This document shows positions 51,790-61,945 of a stretch of 64,000 bases of DNA, one piece after another. Every line of letters starts with the position of its first letter. The stretch's first letter is position 1. Source of the DNA: Anolis carolinensis (lineage: Eukaryota); assembly GCF_035594765.1 (NCBI RefSeq), contig NC_085841.1:173833574-173897573 (forward strand), written 5' to 3'. Position numbers and translations under genes: made by a program. The notes below the pieces were generated by a model that saw only the letters and a program-made list of their open reading frames with translations, ran no database searches and was not told the DNA's origin.

Positions 51790-52220
51790 GCAAACTCTGT
51801 TGTTGTCAGGAAGCAGACCGGATTCAGGAGCCAGTGGAAGCCAGAAACACCAAACCAGAAATGCCAAGTCGGAATCGTCAAGCCAGGAGCAAAACGCTGT
51901 TGTCAGGAGCCAAACTGGATGCAGGAGCCAGAGAAAGCCAGGAACGCCAAGCCAGGAACGCCAAGCCAGAAACACCAAGCCAGAAACGCCAAGCCAGGAA
52001 CGCCAAGCCAGGAACGCCAAGCCAGAAACGCCAAGCCAGAAACGCCAAGCCAGAAACGCCAAGTCAGGAACACCAAAGCAGAAACTAACGCTGTCGTCAG
52101 GAGCTAAACTGGATTCAGGAGCCAGAGGAAGCCAGGAACGCCAAACCAGAAACGCCAAGTCAGGAACGCCAAAGAAGAAAAGAACACTGCCGTCAGGAGT
52201 CAATCCGGATTCAGGAACAT
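51790..52220. repeat. Minisatellite inside the LTR (14-bp CCAGRAACGCCAAG units within larger repeated modules)
   Basis: About ten 14-bp units at 51938-52070 and 3-4 repeats of a ctgtYgtcaggag...ggattcagga module. Confidence 0.9.
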
Positions 52221-52328
52221 GAAGCTGTACAGTCAGGACCCAAGGAGAACAGGCAGCGACAAAGCAATGTCCCAAAAACGACACCTTGCCTACTGCAAGG
52301 GATCTTCACTTTCCATTCCACTTTTAAC

Positions 52329-52907
52329 TTACACCTCGGAGTTTGACGATGATGAGGGCTCCGCCCTGTCATAATTATCCACAGCTGATCTTGATCTCAT
52401 ATGTGAACCTCTCCCATCCACCCACCAATCACTCCATCTTTGTTCAAGACTTAGATCTCCCCATGTCCCTGGTGTACCAGTAGTTTGCCAGTCTCCCGAT
52501 GCACCCTCAGAAACTGGTGCTGCACACACATTTACTTGAGTCCAACTTGCAGCTTCTTCCATCCCACTCTCAGACCCATCATCCCCAGAAAAACCCTCAA
52601 ACGTTTCATCTTCCATGGGAGCAGTAAGTATATCACGAATCTTCTTTCTTTCCCTTTCCTCATCTGACTCTTGCTCCCGAGTTGACCTCTTAGTTCCTCT
52701 ACTTTCTGTTAATCCTTCATCTTCCTCCATTGAGTCCTCTTCACTAGAGAAGCCTTCAAATGTCTCATCCTCAGTAGAAGCCATAAGTATTTCCCAAACC
52801 CACTTTACTTGTTGTTCCTCATCAAACACCTGCTCAACATTATCCCTTTTCCTCCTACTAGCAATTTTACCAGTAGTACCAGAACTGCCCCTTGGCGCAA
52901 CTACAAC
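52329..52907 (-). CDS. LTR U3-encoded 192-codon frame with two EDETFEGF motifs, putative Pol/integrase C-terminal tail
   Basis: Open from LTR base 2; the duplicated motif differs only at synonymous positions; stop lies beside the TATA-like TTAAAAG. Confidence 0.6.
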   Translation of the reverse strand, partial: VVVAPRGSSGTTGKIASRRKRDNVEQVFDEEQQVKWVWEILMASTEDETFEGFSSEEDSMEEDEGLTESRGTKRSTREQESDEERERKKIRDILTAPMEDETFEGFSGDDGSESGMEEAASWTQVNVCAAPVSEGASGDWQTTGTPGTWGDLSLEQRWSDWWVDGRGSHMRSRSAVDNYDRAEPSSSSNSEV

Positions 52908-54305
52908 ACAAGTACCTTCCCTAGAGTAAGAAATTGTTACTCTAGAGAAGTTGCTCTGCTGCAGGTGACACTGGCAGGCACCCACCCATTTTCTCCTAGG
53001 CTACACCAGGTAAGGAAGAGCGATGTCCTCCTGGAAGAGGAGAGTAGTTTTCAGAGAATGAGACTTTATTTTTTGTGTGTTGGGGGATTGATAAAAATTA
53101 TTAAACTTTGATGCCAAAAAGTAGACTTGGAGCCGGGATTGGCTCCTACTTGCTTTCATTTCAAGCTGATTTTTGTACCAGGAGGGGGTTCCCGTTACAT
53201 CCTCCTGAAGTACTGAAAAAAATGAAGGAAATGAGAGAAATGGATTCCGCACACAACTCTATTTACAACTGTTCCTTCAATATCTCACCTTTAGGAAATT
53301 CCCATGCACAATCCTTTTGAGCATTTCTGAAGTTGGTATTTTCCTAAGTTTATTGGAATAAGTGGTTTTTTTTATTACCAGAGTGTGCTCCTGACTATGT
53401 TTGGCTTACTTTTTCCATTATTTCCTAAGAGACATAGGTACTCCTACCAAAAAATCCTAATGTTGCCAACCCACTGAGTTGATCAAATCCAACATTGCCA
53501 ACACTGCTAAGGCCTGAACCCAGTCTCTTCCTGGACCTGAATGCTCTCCTGAGAGTGAAGTATTATCAAAAAAGGCTGTATTTATTCTGAATTCAAGAGC
53601 AATCATGCACTCAGTATGTCCAGACAAGGCAGACTACAAACAATGTGAACTGTACTAAGCAACAGAGAACTGGTAACAGGCATGTGTGTATTTAAGAGCA
53701 GCAGCAGCATCTACTGTGTTGTTTCCTTCTCTTGGTCCTGCGCACCAGGCCTAGTATCCCTTATTAATGGAAATTCCTAGAATTTAAGCTATTTCTGAGT
53801 AATAGAACAAGCAGTGTGTCTGACGGGATGTGTTTAGGCCAAAGAAGAGGTCCTGCCTCTGTGTTGCAGATTGAAAGACTGAGCAAAAAGCACATTCAAT
53901 CACACAGTATACAGTACTTCTTGAAGAGAGCACAGTGTGACAGAGGTGTGAGAAAGAAGTCTCTGGGTTTGAGGCCAGTGCCAGCTGGACATTATGGAGT
54001 ACCTTCAAGCAAAATGGGGCCTTTGCTCTTCCCACACACACTATCTGTGTGTGTGGGGGGGGGGGGTTGATGAAGGATGGAAGGATAAGGGAGCAGGAAT
54101 AGAAGCAACTTTCTCTTACTTTCATCAATCACTTGTTTGTCCATCTAGGAGTAAAATAAGAGGGAAAGCAAGGAGGCAGTAAAGTCCTCTTATTACCTCA
54201 TGGATTCCAGCAAGTGAGTAATAATTCTGGCATTAGATGCCAACACTGATAAAGCCTAAACCTTCCTGAATGCTCTCCTGGGGATGAAGCATTGTGTGAA
54301 AATGT

Positions 54306-54721
54306 GGGCCCTTCCAGGTCATGGATTTACCTGTCCAAACAATACCTCAGATAAACCCAGATTAATTTAACACCTGAAAAGATCTGGACCTTACTGAAAG
54401 GTCTGGATCTTTCCAAGTGTGGACCTGTGGTGATTGATTCCTGGGACTGCATCCCGCAATCCCAGTGGTTAATCCCCATTGCCAAGAGCAGGAGGGCACC
54501 CCCACCCTCCCTTCCCAGTCTTCTTTCCAAACCTCCCGATGTGTCATTATGATGCATCAGGAGCTTTCACCAAGGGGCTGAGCATACAGCCAGGCCCCAC
54601 AGGTAAGTATTGAGGGAAAATGGCAGACCAGGGGCTGGCTGGATGCCCTGCTAGGTCAACTTCCCCAACCACCACCCCAGCAAAAACATGGTGTGATATT
54701 TGGTCCTGTCTGAAAGGGCCC
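54306..54721. mobile_element. Harbinger-like MITE
   Basis: TIRs gggcccttccag / ctgaaagggccc; 3-bp TSD tgt. Confidence 0.65.
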
Positions 54722-54873
54722 TGTATTCAACAATAACCATGCATTAATAACACACAGTAGAACTGGTATTTCTCTTCATACACCCATCTGGAGAAATTAG
54801 TACAAAAATACATGGTTGCTGGAGGTGTATGTACATTTTTGTATTTATCCTTTCAGTATACATTTACTAATAA

Positions 54874-55147
54874 CACAGTCCAACAAAAAAAATCTTGGTG
54901 TCTTAGGTTTTTGGAGTTATCTGGGGCACTGATTTAGAAATTTGTATTGGATAGACCAAATCAACTCTACTTTCTTAGATATGATTATCATGATTCTTTA
55001 TGGGTGAGCAAATAAAGACTGATATATGGTATAGGTTCTGTATCTCAAGATCTCGAGTGGAGAAGGGAAAACTTGTGCCATTTTCGTAATCGACAGGTCA
55101 AATGTACCCAAAAACAGTTGAGGCACCAGAATGTATATTGGCTAGTG
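54874..55147. mobile_element. Chapaev3-like non-autonomous DNA transposon
   Basis: taa|CACAGTCCAAC...TTGGCTAGTG|taa; CAC/GTG termini with 3-bp TSD. Confidence 0.6.
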
Positions 55148-55401
55148 TAATGCATCTGATTTTGTGTCAATTTCTTTATAAAATAACTATATCACAAGAG
55201 TTGGATCAAGTTAGAAAGCCAGTGTAATTCTGTTCTGGTTTGCATGTCAGTTTGGGAAATGTGGATTTGCTCTCTTCCATCTCTAAGAAGAATACAGCAG
55301 CTTCAGTTCAATTGGTTAGTTTCAGAGAGTAGATCACTCAGTATCCAAGTAAATTCCATTGATCCCTTTAGGACAACTTCCTGTACTTGGAGTGTTGTTA
55401 G

Positions 55402-55402
<1 letters not shown>

Positions 55403-55433
<31 letters not shown>

Positions 55434-55797
55434 TCCAGCCGTTCTCCCTGTGGGGACTCAAGGCGGCTAATAATCCCCACTAGACAAGTTTAAAAACAGC
55501 AATACTAAAATTAAAAACAATTAAATAGTAACAGTGTGGTAAAAACAGAATTAAAATACAGTAAAATGGCCTTTAAAACTCATATCCCCCCCAATCCTCC
55601 CCAACCACCCCAGAGACTTCCCCAAATGCCTGTCTTGAAGAAGGTCTTGACATGCTTGCAGAAGGCCACCAGGGATGGGGCCTCCGGGTCTCCTTTGGGA
55701 GAGAGTTCTACAGTCTGGGAGCAGCCACCGAAAAGTCCCTCTCCTGTGTCCCCAACTGCGCTTGAGTGGATAGTAGGACAGGGAGAAGATTCTCCCT
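55403..55797 (-). mobile_element. L2 LINE 3' end with (ATG)n tail
   Basis: ggggactcaaggcggct terminus; gggagagagttc...gggagcagccaccgaaaagtccct reads as xFSVAAPxLxNSLP on the minus strand. Confidence 0.8.
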
Positions 55798-57781
55798 AAT
55801 AGATTGTAGATTACTGCACTTTGACACTGCTTTAACTGACACCACTCAGTGCTATGGAATAAAAGAAATTGCAGTTTTGCAGGTTTTTAACCTTCTCTGC
55901 TCACTAATGCTGGTTTCTCACTAAACTACAACTCCAATGATTTCATAGCATTGAGCCATGACAGTTATAGTGGTGTCAAACTGCATTAATTCAACAGTGT
56001 TGAACCACACTTTGACTTATTTCAGCATTCAGGGAGGGGGAAAAGGAGGGGCAAAAAGAATACATTTCCTTGTAACAGAGATACACAATCTGTATCCCGC
56101 TGTCTATTATTCTGGTTGCAAACAACATAAGTGTTAAACATGAACTGAGGGTAAGCTTAACAAAGATTCCCTTTGCTAAAAAGTACTTTCATAAATCTAC
56201 AGGTGAAAAAAGGCTGCTTATGACAGAAGTTAATGGCAACAACTTTGTGTGAATTAACAGTCACTTTTGTGTAGTTATCATACCCCAATTCCAGTAACAA
56301 TACTTTGATTTCTGAAGCTGCAGGATATGGGTGACAGACTTACAGAGTGCAAAGTAGGTCTACAGCGTAGTGCTTTCTTCTGTTCTTTTTGGGTGTGCTT
56401 GTGCCTTTTCTTTGTGAAGTTTATTTGATACAAAGAGAAAGGAAACCCACGATATGTTACATTAAAGGCTTCCTTATTGACAGTGCTTTATATTTAATTA
56501 CAGCTTTGATTCCTGCTTGAAAATAGCTATAAGGCATCTTATTGTTTACAGTCACCTCTGTCTCATTAACAGCAGGAAAACTTTCACTTCAAGTTTTTTT
56601 CTCCTTCTGGTGTTGCTACTGCTGCTGCTGCTAAACTGTACAGCAAGATGCTTCTGATGATGCCTAAAATCTTCCAGGTTTTATAGCACCTGATACGTGT
56701 CTCGGTGACTGACAGAGGAAAGGCTGGGTTTTTTCCTATCAAACATTGCGGGAAAAGTAAGCATTCACAGCTTGATGTGCAGAGAAGCTCTGCTTTTTAC
56801 TGATCTGACAGTTTTGTCATGCATCTCTCTTACATTCCTTTGCCATTTGCTATTGTTCTTGATCACTCTTTTACCCTTTCTCTTCTTACTTTACCACAAG
56901 ACAAAAATAGCAACTCAGGATTATCTCTCCTAAGAAAGACTTGCCCTCCAGGCGGTCTGCCTGAACTCAAGCTACATGTTACTGGCTATTAACATCCGAA
57001 GTGGCACATGGTGTCTTTGCTTAGGAGTTAGATGCCACAAAATGAGATTTAGAAGTCGTTTCATCTCCATCTCTGTGCTGCACCTGCCCAAGGTTCTCAC
57101 TTTCTAGAGGAGATTTTTAGGAGAGAGGTGGCTGGTTGTTTACCCCTCATTTCCATGGGAGAAAGCAGTTTCTGCCTGCAGAACCACTCCACTGGATATT
57201 GACCTGGGTCTAAGAGCTTTCACACTAGATGATTGTAAACCATTCAGTTTTCCAGGTCAGCAACCATCCCACTATCTTGTGATGCCAAGTTGCAGGACTG
57301 CATCACATTAGGAAATACTCCATTTCTGATACAGTTTGAGAATGATTTAAAACTGGTCCCATCATATAATGTTCATCCCATCCCATTCTGGAAAAGATCA
57401 TTAAGGAAGTGGTCTGCAAACATTTAGAAACAAATGCAATCATTGCTAATAGTCAACATGGATTTATCAAAAACAAATCATGGCAGACTAATATGATCTC
57501 TTTTTTCGATAGAGTAACAAGCTGGGTAGATGCAGGGAACACAATGGATGTAACATATCTGGACTTCAGTAAGGCCTTTGACAAGGTCCCCCATGACCTC
57601 CTGGCAAACAAACTAGTCAAATGTGGGCTAGGCAAAACTACAGTTAGGTGGATCTCTAATTGTTAAGCGAACAAACCCAACAGGTGCTCACCAGTACTTC
57701 CTTTTCATCCTGGAAAGAAATGATGAGTGAAGTGCTATCAGCAGGATTCCATCCTGGGCCTGGTTCCTTCAACATCTTTCT

Positions 57782-58344
57782 TTTAAAAAAATATTTTTGT
57801 TGAAGTTTTTTTAACCAAAATTAAAATGAATAGGGATAGAGTGAGTGAAGGGGGAAAGGTAAAAGGGAGAAAGAAAGAGAGAAAGGGGGGAAGGGAGAAG
57901 GAATGGAAAAAGAAGGGTAAGGAGTAAAAAGAGATAGAAATTGGGGTAATTTTGAGTGCTTCCAATCTTCTACATCGCTGCCGTGGTTGTTTCTCTGTTT
58001 CTATGTCCATTTCCCCACTTCCCTTAATTCTGTTAATTTCTTTGTGGGATCAGATTTCTTGATGTAATAGGACTGGCTATATAATTATGTTTCTTTTCTC
58101 TGATATTAAAAATTCTTTAAATGGTAGACAATCCATTGCTTTTTCCGGTCTTTCTTGATGTTTCTTTAATAATTGAGTCAATTTGTCCATAATTTTGAGT
58201 AGCCGTTCGTCTATGGTGGGTATTACTTTAGTTCTCTACTGTCTTGCATAGATAATTCTTGCCACCGTTACCAAGTAGTTGAAAATTGCTTCTTTGTTTA
58301 CATCCATTGTCATATCCAGTAAGCCCAATAGGACATATTCCTAC
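57782..58344 (-). mobile_element. 5'-truncated L1 (ORF2 C-terminus and 3' UTR) inserted in CR1
   Basis: 13-bp TSD tcaacatctttct (57769-57781 and 58345-58357); minus strand reads EYVLLGLL...YLVTVARIIYARQ*RTKVIPTIDE..MDKLT. Confidence 0.85.
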
Positions 58345-58721
58345 TCAACATCTTTCTAATGACTTAGATGAAGGGTTAGAAGGCATGATCATCAAGTTTA
58401 CAGATGACACCAAACTGGGAGAGATAGCCAATACTCCAGAAGATAGGAGCAGCATTCAAAATGATCTTAACAAATTGGAAAGATGTGCTGAAACTAACAA
58501 AATGAACTTGAACAGGGACAAATGCAAAATGCTCCACTTAGGCTGAAAAAATGAAATGCAAAGATACAGAATGGGGGATGCCTGGCTCGACAGCAGTACG
58601 TATGAAAAAGACCTTTGAGTCCTTGTGGACAACAAGTTAAACATGAGCCAACAATGTCATGTGGCGGCTAAAAAAGCCAATGGGATTTTGGCCTGCATAA
58701 ATAGGAGTATAGTGTCTAGGT

Positions 58722-58856
58722 TAGTGGTTCTCAACCTGGAGTCCCCAGATGTTTTTGGCCTACAACTCCCAGAAATCCCAGCCAGTTTACCAGCTGTTAG
58801 GATTTCCGGGAGTTGAAGGCCAAAAACATCTGGGGACCCCTGGTTGAGAACCACTG
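58722..58856. mobile_element. hAT MITE (family of 69-203) within CR1
   Basis: tagtggttctcaacc...ggttgagaaccactg. Confidence 0.9.
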
Positions 58857-59060
58857 TCATGCTACCCCTCTATTCTGCTTTGGTTAGACCACACTTGGAA
58901 TACTGTATCCAATTCTAGGTGCCACAATTTAAGGGAGATGTTGTCAAGCTGAAATGTGTCCAGAGGAGGATGACTAAAATGATTAAAGGTCTGGAGAACA
59001 AGCCCTATGAGGAGAGGCTTAAAAAGCTGAACATGTTTAGCCTGCAGAAGAGAAGGCTAG

Positions 59061-59190
59061 ATGTTGGATAATAAGGAGGGATTAAGGAAAAGTCTATTAA
59101 GAATCAAATTACATTGACTTTAAAAACATTGACTACTAAAAGACAGACTGCGTGAATAATACAGAATGCTGGATAAGCGAGACTCTACTG
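59061..59190. mobile_element. Partial Tc1/mariner MITE
   Basis: ggataataaggagggattaagg...ggataagcgagactctactg|ta. Confidence 0.8.
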
Positions 59191-59650
59191 TACTACAGAG
59201 TTCTCCATCACTGAAGAGCTGTTTTTGTTTGTGATCGGGAAATTAATATGTATCCCGCCAGCAATGATATGACTTGAAATTTGGGTGCATGTCTGGAGGC
59301 GGAGTCTTGTGACCCTAGATTGTTCATGATGGAAGCAGCTGTCATTTCTGTTTGGTAATTGGAAGGGGGGAAAGCCATATGTAATGAATCAATACTCTAT
59401 TGTTTAGACATCCAATAAGATTAGATTCCTCAGAATTCCTTATTTTCCTCCAAAAGGTAGTGATCAGATGAATGTATTTACACAGACACGAGAACGTTTT
59501 TAAATCTTGCAAGAGCAGTAGTTCGAGACGTTACTGTGCAGTTTTAGATTTTTTTAAAGGTCATAGAGTGATGTAGGGAGTCTTCCAAACAGATTGGAAG
59601 GAGCCAGCTTTCCATGATGTGATGAGTCTAAGTAGAATATTTTCTGAAGG

Positions 59651-59944
59651 GTTTTTTTTTTGTGTCAGGGGTGACTTGAGAAACTGCAAGTTGCTTCTGG
59701 TGTGAGGGAACTGGCCATCTGCAAGGACATTGCCCAGGGGATGCCCGGATTTTTTTTTTATGTTTTACCATCCTTGCGGGAGGCTTCTTTCATATCCCCA
59801 CATGGAGCTGGAGCTGATAGAGGGAGCTCATCCACGCTCTCCCCGGGTGGGATTCAAACTGGCAACCTTCAGGTCAGCAACCCAACCTTCAAATCAGCTG
59901 TCCTGCTGGCACAAGGGTTTAACCCATTGCACCATTAGGGGCTT
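59651..59944 (-). mobile_element. Anolis SINE2-type SINE
   Basis: Poly-T (A tail on minus), body homologous to 21483 and 61703; ctgaagg on both flanks. Confidence 0.85.
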
Positions 59945-61098
59945 CTTTTGCTGAAGGTAAAATCATAGTATTGGGGTGTGACGGGGTCAATATGCATCCC
60001 ATCTCAAAACAGTATGTAATAAGTCAGAAAAAACAACAAAATACATACTGTCATAACAAATTATATTTCAATGTGATAAGTTGAATAAGTTGAATGATAT
60101 TATATCATTCCTGTTTAGGTTGAAATCAGTGCTTATTCTAAACATAAATATGGTTTAAGAGGGTTCCACTTTTCTTTTGAATTAGTACATTTCCCCCCAC
60201 TCCCCAATTTTTCAAGACTTACTTGAGTTTGTCATTGAATGCATCAAAGATTTATCATATTAATTAGGATTTGGATTGATTACACCAATTTCCCAATTTG
60301 AAGCATAGGCAAATAATAATCGAAAGATTGTTTTTAGTAGGAAAGAAAGAGGTATTTAATCAACCTTTGTACCACAATTAATCTTGTACCATTTAGCCAG
60401 CACTAACTCTCTAATTAATGATAATACCAGCATTTTAGAGATCAAAGGCATGCAGGCAGGCTGATTTGTTTTTAAAGTTCTGATTTGTACCCTGCTAGTG
60501 TCAGACTTAGGACAAATGAGGCCTTGTGCTAGTTAAGTTATGAGACCCCTTACTTACTTGGGCCATGAAGGAGGTTGGCCTGGTAGGACTATGCTGCCTG
60601 CTTTGTGGCACACTCCCATAGACTATCAAGTCTCTCATTATGTCTGGAATTCCTTTGAACCAGAATGCCTTCAAATTTACAACTGCATTACATAAGCAAA
60701 ACCCATGTACAAAGACTTTTTGGGCAGGAAGTTCCCCGTCCCCACCCCCCGGCCAACGAGGTCCTATGTTTAAGCACAACTAAGCACAATGTTGTAATGT
60801 TAACAACAACAAAAATACAAACTATCCAAACATTTATCACAATCTTTGTATTGTTGGGCGGCTTTCATGTCCTTGGATGGGGTTTAGTGAAAACTTTCAA
60901 ATGAGTTGTTAATGATGCTGAACCCAATCCTTAAAAATAACTTGAGTACTTTGGGTAGTTCCTTTAAAATTCAGAATAAACCCCAGAGTGGATTCATAGC
61001 CTCACTAACATGGAAGCTACTAATTTCCAGCTTTTTCATTAGTAAATATATAAAACTTTAGAGCCCTTTTCACAACTACTGTTCTTGATCTTTTCAAA

Positions 61099-61232
61099 CA
61101 GTGTTCTCAACCCGGGGTCCCCAGATGTTTTTGGCTTACAACTCCCAGAAGTCCCAGTCAGTTTACCAGCTGTTAGGATTTCTGGGAGTTGAAGGCCAAA
61201 AACATCTGGGGACCCCAGGTTGAGAACTACTG
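61099..61232. mobile_element. hAT MITE (family of 69-203)
   Basis: TIRs present; TSD ttttcaaa/ttttaaaa. Confidence 0.9.
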
Positions 61233-61267
61233 TTTTAAAAACATATGCTGGAAATCGTTGAATGACA

Positions 61268-61343
61268 GATTGGGTTGCTGTGAGTTTTCTGGGCTGTATG
61301 GCAATATTCCAGAAGCATTCCCTCCTGATGTTTCACCCACATC
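61268..61343. mobile_element. Penelope-like element terminal fragment
   Basis: gggttgctgtgagttttctgggctgtatgg...ttccagaagcattc...cctgatgtttcacccacatc resembles the anole Penelope terminus as I recall it. Confidence 0.7.
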
Positions 61344-61702
61344 TTCGACAACAAAATGTTTGGACAACTTCACATTGAAAATTATGAAGAATAAAGGCTG
61401 GATCTACACTGCCAAATCAGTCACAACACCATGGGAGCATGCAACTACATTCACAGTTTTCTCATCTCCTATTGATCGCAAACAGCCAAGAAGTTTCACT
61501 AAACAAGGTGTTTACTAGTAACCATTCACTTGGTTCCTATGGGATATCCACTAAATGTTGCCAATCTGCAGTGATATCTTCACATTTGCATCTTTATTTT
61601 TGGTTTTTTAAAATGTTATTAGATTGATTTTGCTTCTCTTTTCTTTCTCTGTTCTCCCCTTCTTGTCAAAAGAGAGAACTATAGTGCAGTTGACACTATA
61701 GT

Positions 61703-61945
61703 GCCAGATGGCGTAGTGAACTAAGTGACTTGAAGGTTGGGTTGCTGACCTGAAAGCTGCCAGGTTCGAATCCCACCTGGGGAGAGTGTGGATGAGCTCC
61801 CTCTATCAGCTCCAGCTCCATGCGGGGACATGAGAGAAGCCTCCCACAAGGATGGTAAAAACATCAAAACATCCGGGCGTCCCCTGGGCAATGTCCTTGC
61901 AGACGGCCAATTCTCTCACTCCAGTTGCTCCTGACGCGAAAAAAA
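61703..61945 (+). mobile_element. Anolis SINE2-type SINE
   Basis: A box (tggcgtagtg) and B box (ggttcgaatcc); A-rich tail. Confidence 0.88.

Larger units (their letters stand above)
51450..52908 (-). mobile_element. Long Gypsy-type solo LTR
   Basis: Minus strand TGTTGTAG...GTGACA; exact TSD caagt at 51445-51449 and 52909-52913; minus-strand AATAAA near 51507. Confidence 0.9.
57385..59060 (+). pseudogene. CR1 LINE ORF2 (RT) fragment, interrupted by L1 and a hAT MITE
   Basis: SQHGFIKNKS...YLDFSKAFDKVPHDLL; KFTDDTKLG; KLNMSQQC; multiple stops. Confidence 0.92.

Noticed and set aside
52908-52985. N-terminal 26 codons of the listed 218-aa ORF
   Set aside because: They lie in flanking DNA outside the TSD; only residues 27-218 belong to the LTR.
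61268-61343. Penelope hammerhead ribozyme
   Set aside because: The fragment ends before the CUGANGA half of the catalytic core.
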